A program made the translations under genes and the position numbers. Below, in pieces: positions 44,396-54,900 of a stretch of DNA of 64,000 nucleotides (within the stretch, counting starts at the first letter, position 1; every line of letters begins with the position of its first letter). Below the pieces are notes generated by a model. That model ran no database searches. It was not told the origin of the DNA and was given only the letters and a program-made list of their open reading frames with translations. This DNA comes from a virus (Duplodnaviria > Caudoviricetes): positions 15,978 to 79,977 of the IMG/VR virus record IMGVR_UViG_3300047160_024814. One strand, given 5' to 3'.

Positions 44396-45925
44396 TCAAC
44401 CGTTCACGTATCCAGCCTGCCATTTCTGATTGGCTGATGCATTTCGCTGGAAGACATTCACCGAATGAACCGTCATCGGATTGCTGGGTCCGGTGCCGAG
44501 CACGAGGTAGTAGTGACGGGTGTCCATCGCGCCTGTGCAGCTGCCATTATTCGGCGGATAGGGCGGTGGATTGTTCACATCGAACCAGTTGTACCTGTAG
44601 CCACCGAGCATGACGTCGTCAAAATAAGCCTCGATGCGCCCCTGTGCCCCGCCACGCACCGCAGGTACCCAAAGATACCCATATTTGTGTGGTGTGTTCA
44701 GGTTAATGCCACTGCAGTTCTTATGCGCGCTGAGCGGCTGATCGTCACCTCCCTGATAGTTGTAGATGTTACCATACCAATTATGATTGGCACAGCCGTA
44801 ATCGGTCGATGAGAAGTGCTCCATGAAATCCGGTTCGAACCAGATCCCGCGATCACTACCCCAGGGTGGCACGCGGCAGGCTTCCGAATTGCCGCACTGG
44901 ATCTCGACGTCATTCGACCACCACGACGGCCACCCACCAGCACTGTTGACCGGATTTTGGATGCTCAGGACCGCCTCGAAATAGGCCCCACCGCCAAATG
45001 CCGGCCCGTCAAAATTGCCGCCGCCCAGCATCCGTGTGGTCAGGATGTCGGCATTGTAGTGGAAGGGTGCTCCGCCATGTTCGATCAGGACCGAACCGTC
45101 AGGATGGGTTGTCAGCTTGACGCCGGTCTCGTTGTACCATGGATTGCCCATGATCAGTTTCGGACCGAATGTCCGCGTATTGTAGCCTGCCGCAGCTGCG
45201 GCCGGTGGTACAGTTCCTGGTTGAGGTGGCACACCATTCGCTTTCGTTGTTACAGGAATCGGCGTAGCCTGAGGTCCCATGCCGGCGACATTGGAGACCT
45301 GAGCGGTGACATCGTAAGACGTACTCGCGGTCAATCCGGGGACCGTCACACTGGGTGCCGTCTTGGTGCCAGGTCCCCAGTTCAAATTCGTCGGATCGGT
45401 CAGCTTGGTCGTCGGCTTATAACTCCACCAGTCATCCGCAGAATTGCGCTGCCAGATCGTGTCGCCGACAAGAAGCATCCGTTCGACTTCACCAGTCGGG
45501 TCGGCATAGACCCCATTACACATGATGGCATTCGGCCGGGCAGCCCCCGTCGATGCAATTGACCAGACATTGGCATACGCATCCGTGATCGTCCCGGCAT
45601 CCGGGGAGCAATAAGGAGTCCGCGGCCCAGTCGTATAACTGCCGCCGCTCGTGGGCTTCGTCAACACGACGATCTCGCCATGATCCAGTATACCACCCGT
45701 GGTCGGTGCCGCCATGCTGACCTGCATAGTCGACGACGTCTGAACTGGTGATACAAGACTGGTCGGTGGACCTGGTGCATCCGGATGGGGAACCGGTGGC
45801 TGCTGATCCGCAGTCAAAGCCCCGCTGTAAGTCGTTCCGTCACTCATCGTGACGGTTGCCTTGGTCGGTGTCGCTCCGCTCATAGCAGCTCTCCTATTAG
45901 GTTTGAGACTTACGTCTACGCTCAC
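44396..45925 (-). CDS. FN3 plus GH16-like glycosidase virion protein
   Basis: PGPPT...VPGLTASTSYDVTAQ (FN3); GWPSWW...EPDFME (GH16 ExDxxE)...HKYGYLW. Confidence 0.7.
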   Translation of the reverse strand: MSVDVSLKPNRRAAMSGATPTKATVTMSDGTTYSGALTADQQPPVPHPDAPGPPTSLVSPVQTSSTMQVSMAAPTTGGILDHGEIVVLTKPTSGGSYTTGPRTPYCSPDAGTITDAYANVWSIASTGAARPNAIMCNGVYADPTGEVERMLLVGDTIWQRNSADDWWSYKPTTKLTDPTNLNWGPGTKTAPSVTVPGLTASTSYDVTAQVSNVAGMGPQATPIPVTTKANGVPPQPGTVPPAAAAAGYNTRTFGPKLIMGNPWYNETGVKLTTHPDGSVLIEHGGAPFHYNADILTTRMLGGGNFDGPAFGGGAYFEAVLSIQNPVNSAGGWPSWWSNDVEIQCGNSEACRVPPWGSDRGIWFEPDFMEHFSSTDYGCANHNWYGNIYNYQGGDDQPLSAHKNCSGINLNTPHKYGYLWVPAVRGGAQGRIEAYFDDVMLGGYRYNWFDVNNPPPYPPNNGSCTGAMDTRHYYLVLGTGPSNPMTVHSVNVFQRNASANQKWQAGYVNG

Positions 45926-46428
45926 GGAATTTCGATATCATCAAATTGCAATACACCTGTCACAGGCCTTTCGGACTGCAACTGGGCAATCCGTAATTTA
46001 GGATACAAAACACGCAACTGATCGACTGTGAATTTATGCCATTCCCCCTTGACATCCTGCAATGTCAACATTGCCTCAGGTATTGGGATATCCAGCTTAA
46101 GATCCATCAGCAAAGTCGTCAAATTGCTCGCAAGAGCCGGATGGAATCTTGCGTCGATGGACGTATTACGACTGTATACACGCACACCGCAACCGAGCGC
46201 CCGCACCGACTTTACGGCGTCCGATTCAGGCCGGTCGACCCAACAGGGCAATCCCTTCGCGTCAGCGCCGAGAGTCTTACCCTCCGGTGCACAGACCCCT
46301 GTCATCGCCCGATGTAGCTCATCAGGGATCGAGACTGCATCATGCGGCCATCGATCACCCAGCCGTTCTTCCCAGGACGCGGGATAAAATACCAATCGTG
46401 AAGCCGAAAACACCATCCCTTCCATCAT
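45922..46428 (-). CDS. Tail fiber assembly protein
   Basis: FSAS...FY...WPHDAVSI...GK...ADAKGLPCWVDRP; follows the fiber gene. Confidence 0.75.
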   Translation of the reverse strand: MMEGMVFSASRLVFYPASWEERLGDRWPHDAVSIPDELHRAMTGVCAPEGKTLGADAKGLPCWVDRPESDAVKSVRALGCGVRVYSRNTSIDARFHPALASNLTTLLMDLKLDIPIPEAMLTLQDVKGEWHKFTVDQLRVLYPKLRIAQLQSERPVTGVLQFDDIEIP

Positions 46429-48008
46429 CACCACCCTATGGCGATCCAGTTATAAGCGATGCCGGCCTGCCACTGGACTGTCGGTGAACCATTGGTCACA
46501 CGTGCACCGCCAACATAGAACGCATTCAGCCCGCTCCGTTCAGTGCCATAAATCGTCGCCGTTTGGGTACCAGTATTCCACCCGCTAACAGCGGCTTCGC
46601 AAATCGTCACGGCTGCACTGAAATTCGGAAAACTGATTGGAAGGAACACGGCGTCCATGAAGCCCGTCGCCGTCGTCCCCGCACCCCATTGAATGATCAC
46701 ACCATTTGGAAATTCCGTATATCCAGCCGCGGTTTTTGAATTCGGAAAATCCGCCAACAAAGTCGCTGCGGCATTGTCACCAGAATTGAGCGCCCCTAAA
46801 GATGCCCGTAATCTCGCCCCTGAATTTATATTCCCGTTGCTGCTGACAACGCCATTCAGTGTGATACCGCCAGGGCCATTGATTACAATCGACCCACTAG
46901 TGGCTAAGGTAAAACCCTGACTGGGGTTATATTGCAGGTACTGACCACCCGCAAAGGCTAGTACCTGAGTGCCAGCCTGGTTCGGATTGAGATAAAACTG
47001 TCCGCTCGTACCGATACTTAAAATACCGGTGACCTGAACAGCCCCGCCCATGACCACACCGGCACCCGTGCCGTCGATCGTCACCCCGCCGTTTGCCAGG
47101 TTCCAATAGAACGGTCGCAGAGCATTGAAGCCAGCATTCTGATTACCACTGGCCGTCTGCAACAATGACATGGCAGTGCCATCATTACGAAGGATCACTC
47201 CGTAATTTCCACCGACCAATCTGATCTGCCCACCGCCGCCGGCCGCATCAATGAAATTCGAAATGAATCCACCTGCCGTGGTAGCTTGGGCATTGAAGGT
47301 ATTCGTACCCGTCCAGGTATTGTTGCCGGCGAGTGGCCCGTAGGCGACTGACGAGATGCCAGTGATCCGGCCATCCGCTCCGACCGTGACGGTGGCTCCC
47401 GGATAGTTGCCCGCCGTGACGCCAGTCGGATTGAGCACCGCCGAGCCGTACTGCCAATGCGTCTTGTCGATCTGCCCGGCGGTGATCGTGACTTGCCCAA
47501 CACTCAACGTAACACGGCAGAGTTCGAACGTAGTCGTATTGTTCGGCGCCGTCAGCGTACCGGTGATCGTCAGTGTGTCTTGCGTCGTCTGGCCGAATTC
47601 ATACGGGGCGAACGACGGATCATAATCCGGATGCCCGGGCGGAGGCCCGATGATCGTGGTCAACGACTGGCTGATGGCCGTCTTCGACGCCACGACATAG
47701 GCCGTGACGGAGCCCGAGCCCGGCACCAAGGGCGCCATGTTGACTGTGTAGGTCGAACTGTCGGAATAATTCGTATTGCCGTGTGCGGCGACCAGGCTGC
47801 CGTCACTGAACAGCACCGCGAATGGCGAAGGCGCCTGCACGGTCAGCACGAGGCCTGCCGGCGTGATCGTCATCGACAGCGGATTGAACAGCCCATAGCT
47901 ATGCAGCCGCTGACCGATCGACCGTATGCTAGACATAAGCGTCGATATAACTTGATTGACCAGCACGCTGTCGACGAATTCGCCATTGGCGGTAACGGGT
48001 ACGTCCAT
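46428..48008 (-). CDS. Tail fiber protein
   Basis: NNTWTGTNTF; C-terminal AGYTEFPNGVIIQWG...LPISFPN; start at ATG 48008 overlaps the upstream stop. Confidence 0.8.
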   Translation of the reverse strand: MDVPVTANGEFVDSVLVNQVISTLMSSIRSIGQRLHSYGLFNPLSMTITPAGLVLTVQAPSPFAVLFSDGSLVAAHGNTNYSDSSTYTVNMAPLVPGSGSVTAYVVASKTAISQSLTTIIGPPPGHPDYDPSFAPYEFGQTTQDTLTITGTLTAPNNTTTFELCRVTLSVGQVTITAGQIDKTHWQYGSAVLNPTGVTAGNYPGATVTVGADGRITGISSVAYGPLAGNNTWTGTNTFNAQATTAGGFISNFIDAAGGGGQIRLVGGNYGVILRNDGTAMSLLQTASGNQNAGFNALRPFYWNLANGGVTIDGTGAGVVMGGAVQVTGILSIGTSGQFYLNPNQAGTQVLAFAGGQYLQYNPSQGFTLATSGSIVINGPGGITLNGVVSSNGNINSGARLRASLGALNSGDNAAATLLADFPNSKTAAGYTEFPNGVIIQWGAGTTATGFMDAVFLPISFPNFSAAVTICEAAVSGWNTGTQTATIYGTERSGLNAFYVGGARVTNGSPTVQWQAGIAYNWIAIGW

Positions 48009-48655
48009 CACACAAGCCCCGGATTGATCGTCGGGTCGGTCAGGAACAACGTTGGCAACAACGGCTGGGTATTGTTGGTGTAAGCCGAGATCTCGAAATC
48101 CTGCACACCCTGCGGCGACAACAGATAAGCCCCAGTTACGCGTGGCGCATTGAGATAGTTGACTGTACCAAGATACAGTCCACCGGACAGTCCGATCAGT
48201 GCCGTCGCCGGCACCCCGGCCGGACGAATGTGATTGAGGCGCTGCATGACATTGGTGAATTGCGCGGGAGTGATCGGCACACTGAATTTCACCTGCCATG
48301 CGACATTGGTGAAATCCTCGACAACCGTCACGTTGTAGCCATAGGCGATCAACAAAAACAATTCAATCGAGACCGGGGTACCCCGCCCCGCCTGCAACGT
48401 GGCTGGAATGCAGCGAAAATACTGGTCATCCGACTCATCGCCCTGTCGCGGAATGGCAAACAACTTGCCCCAACAATCCAACCAAACGCCGTAAGCGTTG
48501 GCGAAACTCAGCTGGGCCACCAGTCCATCCGAGGCGCTGGTATATCGATCGAGTGCCGCGGTCTTGGTCGTCTGAATCCAGGAAAACGTTTGACCAGGGC
48601 GTAAAAACGTATCCGGCAGCGTGTTCAGCTGCGCCAGGATGTCGGGGAACAGCAT
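48008..48655 (-). CDS. Baseplate wedge protein (gpI/gp48-like)
   Basis: ANAYGVWLDCWGKLFAIPRQGDESDDQY...GRGT...HIRPAGV. Confidence 0.75.
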   Translation of the reverse strand: MLFPDILAQLNTLPDTFLRPGQTFSWIQTTKTAALDRYTSASDGLVAQLSFANAYGVWLDCWGKLFAIPRQGDESDDQYFRCIPATLQAGRGTPVSIELFLLIAYGYNVTVVEDFTNVAWQVKFSVPITPAQFTNVMQRLNHIRPAGVPATALIGLSGGLYLGTVNYLNAPRVTGAYLLSPQGVQDFEISAYTNNTQPLLPTLFLTDPTINPGLV

Positions 48656-49821
48656 CAGGTGAACGTCACGATCGAGGACTGCAGGATGACCCGTCCCGTA
48701 CCCGGCGGCTGGATGGTCTGCTGCGAAATTCCGGAAATATCCCGCATGGTCACTGCCAGTGACGAAACACTCCCGGCGATCCGGTTGAAGATCACCGGTT
48801 CGAGGGTGACCATCTGCGCGGGCATGCCAAATGCTAGCGAGGCGAAATAGCCGGTAATTGCCGTATTGACGGCAACTTCCAGCGCGGCCACCTGACCTGA
48901 TTGAACACTCACACCCGTGACCTGCACAGTACAGTAGACTGGGATGACGGCAAAAACGTTATACGGCACACCGGCCGGGCGAAATCCCTCTTGTCCAGTA
49001 CTAAAATTGCCATCCAGGTTGGTTTTCACGGCCTGAATGAGCCCTGGCGAGGCACCTCCGGCCCCATTGTCGATGAATATCTGAAACCCTGCTGTCAGCG
49101 GCGTGATGCCTTGTGCCGCCTGGGTGATCCATGGCTCATAGACCGTGGCGAAGCGGCAGACCTCCGTCGTGCCGGAAACCTGCACACCGATACAGGAATT
49201 GGCGACCGACACCGGATCGGCACGGCCGAGAGACTGCACCAGTGCAGTGAACCGCCCCATGGTCTGGGCCGGTGTCTCGATGTCCTGGCCCCCGGTCGTG
49301 GGGGCGTCATTGTGCACCGTCAGAGGAATAGGCAGCGCCGTCAGCACCTGGGTGATCGCTAGCGCTGGCACATTGCCAGTCTCCCCGGCGACCACAGCTG
49401 CCACGTTAGCCTGCACCAGTGTCGTGCCGGCAGCCATCACCACATCATTGACCGTGACGAATTGGATGCCCCCTGTGGTCTGCACCAGCGTGCCTGTCGG
49501 GATTAAGACATTGTACGGCGCAGGCGGTGGGAAAGCGGCGGAGCCAGTCTGCAGTGTCACAGCACCCACTGCCGACTGCGCCAGAAACGGTACAATGCCG
49601 AAGGCCTGCCATGCGCCATACACCATCGCCTGAAAAGCCTGGGCTTGGGCGATCACGCCTTGCATCTCGACGACACTGCCCAATGCTTCGCTGTCGGTGC
49701 GAATCTGCGAGCCTTGGTTGAAATCCGTCAACACACCGGATTGGCCGGCGATCCAGGCAGCCATGTCCACCGCGACATCAGCGGCGACCGGAGGCGCGAC
49801 AACGGTGATCGTCGAGGACAA
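48655..49821 (-). CDS. Baseplate J-like protein
   Basis: LTDFNQGSQIRT, AAVVAGETGNV, TTGGQDIET, FRPAGV. Confidence 0.9.
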   Translation of the reverse strand: MSSTITVVAPPVAADVAVDMAAWIAGQSGVLTDFNQGSQIRTDSEALGSVVEMQGVIAQAQAFQAMVYGAWQAFGIVPFLAQSAVGAVTLQTGSAAFPPPAPYNVLIPTGTLVQTTGGIQFVTVNDVVMAAGTTLVQANVAAVVAGETGNVPALAITQVLTALPIPLTVHNDAPTTGGQDIETPAQTMGRFTALVQSLGRADPVSVANSCIGVQVSGTTEVCRFATVYEPWITQAAQGITPLTAGFQIFIDNGAGGASPGLIQAVKTNLDGNFSTGQEGFRPAGVPYNVFAVIPVYCTVQVTGVSVQSGQVAALEVAVNTAITGYFASLAFGMPAQMVTLEPVIFNRIAGSVSSLAVTMRDISGISQQTIQPPGTGRVILQSSIVTFT

Positions 49822-49823
49822 AG

Positions 49824-51260
49824 CTAAACCGGGCCTATCACTTCGTTCACTGTGATTTCATTTTGCCCCAACCCGTTCGGCAGCACAGTCGCACTGACTT
49901 GCACTGAATAATTCCCAAGATATTGCGCAGTACATGATATAACTTGGTTGACTCTTGGGTCAGTCAGTAAAGCAGAAATGGTGTACTCCACCAAAAGATC
50001 ATTAATAACATCAGAAGCAATCGCACCCAACTCTGGAGGAATTCTGCTGCCGTAGAGCGAATGGTAGATCAGGCTCCCCAATGTTGTTTGGAGTCTTCTT
50101 CCTAAAGCCATGGAGAGATTGGGGTAACCCGCTATGACTTGATAATCCCCCTGCCAAGGGAGCATCGGCTGATTGATCGACCCGAGCAGCCGGTCGATCC
50201 CCAGATAGTTGGCCGTGTAGCTGATAGCCGGGGTCGCCTGCGCCGGGGTGATCGGCACAAGCGCAGTGTTGCTTGGTGGCAGCAGAAGCTGCTGCCCGGG
50301 AACCACGACATTCGGTCCTGGAACATTGGCGATGTAAGGCGGCTGCAGCTTATTCAGCTGGGCGATTGCCTGCCATTGCGAATAGTCGTTTATCTCGCGA
50401 GCAGCAAACGTCAACAGAGTCCGATCGCCCATGCGGACTGTACCCAGCCGCAGATTGGACGTCACGGAGATATCGCGCAGTGTGATGATCAGCTCATTAT
50501 AGGTGTTGATCGCATTCAGAACCACATAGCGAATAATCTGCGTACTCTGTGCAGTCAATGATGTCGGGTCGTCGGTGATTCCTTCAATCAGGCGGGAAAA
50601 AGTCGGCATTGCCACCAACTGATTCCACATCATGGTGTCATCCATCGTCGGCATCGGGCTCATATGGGTCACAAGGTCGGCGACGAACTGAGTTATCCGC
50701 GCCATCAGCTCGACGGTGTTCAATGTCGTGCCTGAGAAGGCGATACCTTGGCCTTTGAGCGCCGTCGCGACGGCTGCCCACGCCGTAGCACAGGCCTGTG
50801 CGTCGGAAACCAATGCGGCGGTAGACCCGGAAGGGGACGGTTCGTATAGTGAATTCAACTGCCATTCGACAAATCCCGGATCTGGAATAAAAGCGTGGCT
50901 GCCTTGCAGCTGTGTGGCCAGTTTTACCTGCGGCAACGGCTCGACCAGCAGATCGGCAGCCCCGAGCGCTGCCTGTTGAATCGCCGTCAGTCGATTGACA
51001 ACAAAAGCCTGTGTCGGTCCATCGAGCACAATAGGCAGGATCAATAAAGGCGACAGGTTGGCATACAGCGTTTGCAGCCCGGTCATCATTTCATAGGCAT
51101 CGATCACATGCACACCATTCCGCAACGTCGCCACGATGCCTTCAGCCAAGGCCTTGGTGCTGACCGGCTCCGTTGCATCGAGATTGGCCGTGCCGTACTC
51201 GATCGTTGCCCGCATGGCATTCCAGATAACCCCGGGGTAGCCAGGCAGCAGCAATGTCAT
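49824..51260 (-). CDS. Baseplate protein with a LysM-like segment and a C-terminal gp25/GpW-like domain
   Basis: WQAIAQLNKL.PPYI; GYPNLSMALGRRLQT.LG.L.YH..YGSRI...ALLTDPRV. Start at ATG 51260. Confidence 0.7.
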   Translation of the reverse strand: MTLLLPGYPGVIWNAMRATIEYGTANLDATEPVSTKALAEGIVATLRNGVHVIDAYEMMTGLQTLYANLSPLLILPIVLDGPTQAFVVNRLTAIQQAALGAADLLVEPLPQVKLATQLQGSHAFIPDPGFVEWQLNSLYEPSPSGSTAALVSDAQACATAWAAVATALKGQGIAFSGTTLNTVELMARITQFVADLVTHMSPMPTMDDTMMWNQLVAMPTFSRLIEGITDDPTSLTAQSTQIIRYVVLNAINTYNELIITLRDISVTSNLRLGTVRMGDRTLLTFAAREINDYSQWQAIAQLNKLQPPYIANVPGPNVVVPGQQLLLPPSNTALVPITPAQATPAISYTANYLGIDRLLGSINQPMLPWQGDYQVIAGYPNLSMALGRRLQTTLGSLIYHSLYGSRIPPELGAIASDVINDLLVEYTISALLTDPRVNQVISCTAQYLGNYSVQVSATVLPNGLGQNEITVNEVIGPV

Positions 51261-51928
51261 GGCAAGGAACTTAAAAGAGTCAACGCAGGACCGTACGTGG
51301 CGGCAACCGCATTGCCGATCAAAATGGCCTTCTGTACTGCGGTCGGTACCGGGAGAGCGAACAGCAAAGCCAAGGCATCCGAGACCAGGGCATTCGTCAA
51401 CGGGGAACCGATGGGAAACAAACCAAGCAGCCGCAATCGATAGAACTGCAGCAAAGGCGCGCGTTCCGATTGAGAGAACTCGATCGGGCCGAACGGCTCG
51501 ACCCGATAGAATTCGCCATTGAAGAAATCCGACCATTCCATGAAATACAACTGCGACTGACCGAGATTCCGCTGGCTCTGATTGAACTGCGCGTAGTTCT
51601 CGAACATCCGCTGCAGTCGCTGAAAAGCCTGCAACCCGGTAAACAGATAGCCATCCGTCATGTGACGGTCCCATCCGGTCGTACCCTCGATCTCATAGGT
51701 GAATGGCGTCAATCCATAACTGTCGATCGTCCGCTGCACGCCAAACAGCGAAGGAGGCCCCGGCGTGTCATAGAAGGCCGTCAGGCTGGTTGCGGTCTTG
51801 CGCACTGAACTCGGCGACAGAGGAAAAATGAACGTCTCAACCGGCATGTAGGGTGGTTGCGGTGCCCTGATCGATAACAGATAAAGCGGCAACCGGATCT
51901 TTGGTGCGATGATCGGGTGAAAATCCAT
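51257..51928 (-). CDS. Tail tube-initiator-like baseplate protein
   Basis: FIFPLSPSSV..., P.TYEIEGTTGW; position between the spike-associated and wedge genes. Confidence 0.5.
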   Translation of the reverse strand: MDFHPIIAPKIRLPLYLLSIRAPQPPYMPVETFIFPLSPSSVRKTATSLTAFYDTPGPPSLFGVQRTIDSYGLTPFTYEIEGTTGWDRHMTDGYLFTGLQAFQRLQRMFENYAQFNQSQRNLGQSQLYFMEWSDFFNGEFYRVEPFGPIEFSQSERAPLLQFYRLRLLGLFPIGSPLTNALVSDALALLFALPVPTAVQKAILIGNAVAATYGPALTLLSSLP

Positions 51929-51942
51929 AATCTGGCCTCGCC

Positions 51943-54900
51943 TTAAATAAAGATGATCGTGACGGAAGGGTCAGGGAAAGTGATCGAGCCTGTCAAACCA
52001 TTCAACACATTGACAGTGCTGAGAGTGCCATCCATCCCCGGCGCATTCTGGCTTGCGGTCAGCTGCCAGACCGATGCCGTACCAGTACCTGATCCATTGA
52101 TCGGCCAATGGCTCAGCGCCACCTGGCCACTCTGATTGCCCTGGCCGGAATTCACTACCAGCAAACCGAACGTCGTCGATGTCGGCTTGACCGCACATGT
52201 CAGCATACCCGAGCTATTGGCCGTCACATTGAACCGCGGACCATAGACATGCCGCACACCCTGGGCCATGAAATAGCCTCTGGGCGTGATCTGCATTTGG
52301 CTGGTGACGCCGTAGACCGAGCCCTGATACGTCGGATCGGTGATGATGCCATAGGCCCCGTCACCCCAACCGTCCCACATGCAGGCCCAGCATTGTACCT
52401 TGGAGTTATTGAGCATCTGGATCAGAGAATACGCCTGGAACACCGCGCCCTGATGGCTCATGCAGCAGGCTTCGGTGCCATCACCGATGTTGTAGCCGCC
52501 CAACAGCAACGCAGTCGGATTACGACCCATATTCTGGGACGCGAACTGGGCGTCCCCGGCGTAGCGATAGCCACCGCCGGCATAAGTCTTACCCCGCCAT
52601 GCGGAATCGTTCGGGTCGGACGCGACACCATTTCCGGCGAAACAATCGTACGACAACACATCAAGATTGGGAACTGATGAACTGGTAAAATAAGCCATCC
52701 AGTTCTGTAACATGGAATCCGTGTTCGGACCGGCGATCAGGAACGATGGACTGACCGCCTTCACCGCGGTCGCCATGGCGTTGTAGTAAGGCCCGGTCAC
52801 GGTCGGGTCGGCATTGAAACTACTGTTCGGCTCGTCCTGGCCGATGAAACCAACCAGCGGGAACTTCCTGCCGCCCGGCATCGTCACGCCATTCAGATAC
52901 GTCGCCACCGCCGCCATCCGGTTGCCGAAAACGGATGGATTGCCATTGGCGCCAGGTGCGGCATTGGTGCCCGACCAGTCAGCCCCAAGAATGACGCCAC
53001 TGATCCCGAGCGGATCGATCGCCGGCAAATTGTTGATCAGGTTGGTGAACGCCGCCGTGTTCACCGTACCGTCGGCATTCCAATAGCTGGTGCCGCTGGA
53101 ATTCTTGAAATACATCAACCCGTAGTTGATCGTGCTGGCGAGCGTCCGATAGGTCGTATTAGTGAACACCGCCCAATTGTTGTTGGCAAAACCGCCACCA
53201 CTCGCGCCATAGAGCCGCTGCGACACGACCTGCTGCCCTGGGCCACCCAATGGATAATTCATCGCCGACGTGAAGTCCGCAGTGAGGAAACTGCTGCTGG
53301 CGGCAGGCCCCGGCGGATTGGTGACGGTGGTAACCGAAATCGAAATCGGCGCTGGATTGGTATAGGGAGAGTTCACAATACCCGCCTGTGTTGCTCGCAG
53401 TACGAGACTGTAGGTGCCGACCGGCATGGCGACGTTGGTGACAATGTTGGCGCTGCCCGAGATCGCGAAGTTATTGACCGTGGTCGTACCACCCGGTGGT
53501 GGCGTGACGTTGAAATTCTTTGAGTTGTCCTTCTGCCAAACCGAAATGCTGTAGAATCGCATGCTGTTCTGACCGGCTCCGATGATAAGATAGAGGTGCC
53601 GGTTATCCATTCCGCCCATTGCGCTGGTAATGTTCGGTGGAAAGACCCCCGTCGTGCCCGCATCACCCCAATAGTTGTAACGGAATGCCATCTGCCTGCC
53701 GCTCGTGTCACGGGCGATGGCTCCGTTATACCACATCTCCATACGACCACTGTTGGCAACGCCCTGTGTCGCCGGCACCCAAAGAAAACCAAACTTATTG
53801 CGTTGAGTCATATCAATGGAGGCACGGTTTGTCGCTCCACCTGATAACCATGCATCAGGGTTGTTGCCATCACCCAAAGTGCCGCCATTGTACCACACAT
53901 GTACGGCACCACCGGCTATACCATCCTGATTGCACTCCATGTAATCAGGTTCAAACCAGACATACTGTCCAGGGCGCCCTGGCCACGCACATTGTGCTTG
54001 ATAATAAGTACTCCCACGATAGGCGCGCTGCCCGTCGATATCGTTCGACCACCACGCCGGCCATCCACCACCACTAACGATCGAATTCGAAACCGATATC
54101 TCGGCTTCGAGATAAAGACCACCGCCGAAACACGCACCGGTGAAATTGTCAGAACCTAGTGTCGATACCGTTTGGTAAGACGCGAACGAACCATTCCCGG
54201 GACCAAGGGTGATCGAACCATCGCCGTTCACCGTGACGGGTTCATCATCAAGTTTGGTCCAGTTGTTGAGGTTTATCGTCGGGCCGAATGTCAGCATGTT
54301 GTAGCCGACTGCAGCCGCCTGTGCTGGTACCGGAACTGAAGACCCGCCCCCAGTGATCGTCGTTGTCGAGGTACCAGCTACAACCGCTAATGATCCAGTA
54401 AATGTACCACTGGACATGGCGACCGTCGCCGTGCCCACCAGCGTGCCGATCGGCAGATTGGGCGCGATTGTCTGATTTGACAGCGTGATGTTGGTGATCT
54501 GCTGTTGCGCGACCGTGCCGGTACTGAAAGGAACAGTCGTAGACGGCGGACCGGAGCCAACACTGTTGGTCGCATAGACTCTGGCCGTGTACGACTGATT
54601 GCTCGCCAACCCGGATATGGTGACATTGTCAAACGGACCGACCGTAAAGGCCCCATTCCACGTATTCTGGAACGAGCCCGAGATCACCCCCGTGCCGGCA
54701 TATGTCCAGTACTCGCCAATGGTATCAAACTGCCAGATCACGCCACTTTCATCGAACAGCAACCATTGGCAGCTACTCGGTGTGTCGACCAAACCATTGA
54801 CGACAGGATGGCCTGCGGAATTCAACGTCCATACATTGCCGAATGTGTCCTGCACACTGCCGAACCCCGGCGTGCAGTAGGTCATCACCGGACCGTTGTC

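Noticed and set aside
48008-48299. Upstream extension of the tail fiber ORF to 48299, and of the gp25-like ORF to 51674
   Set aside because: Both extensions overlap well-supported upstream genes on the same strand; coupled ATGs at 48008 and 51260 are more plausible.
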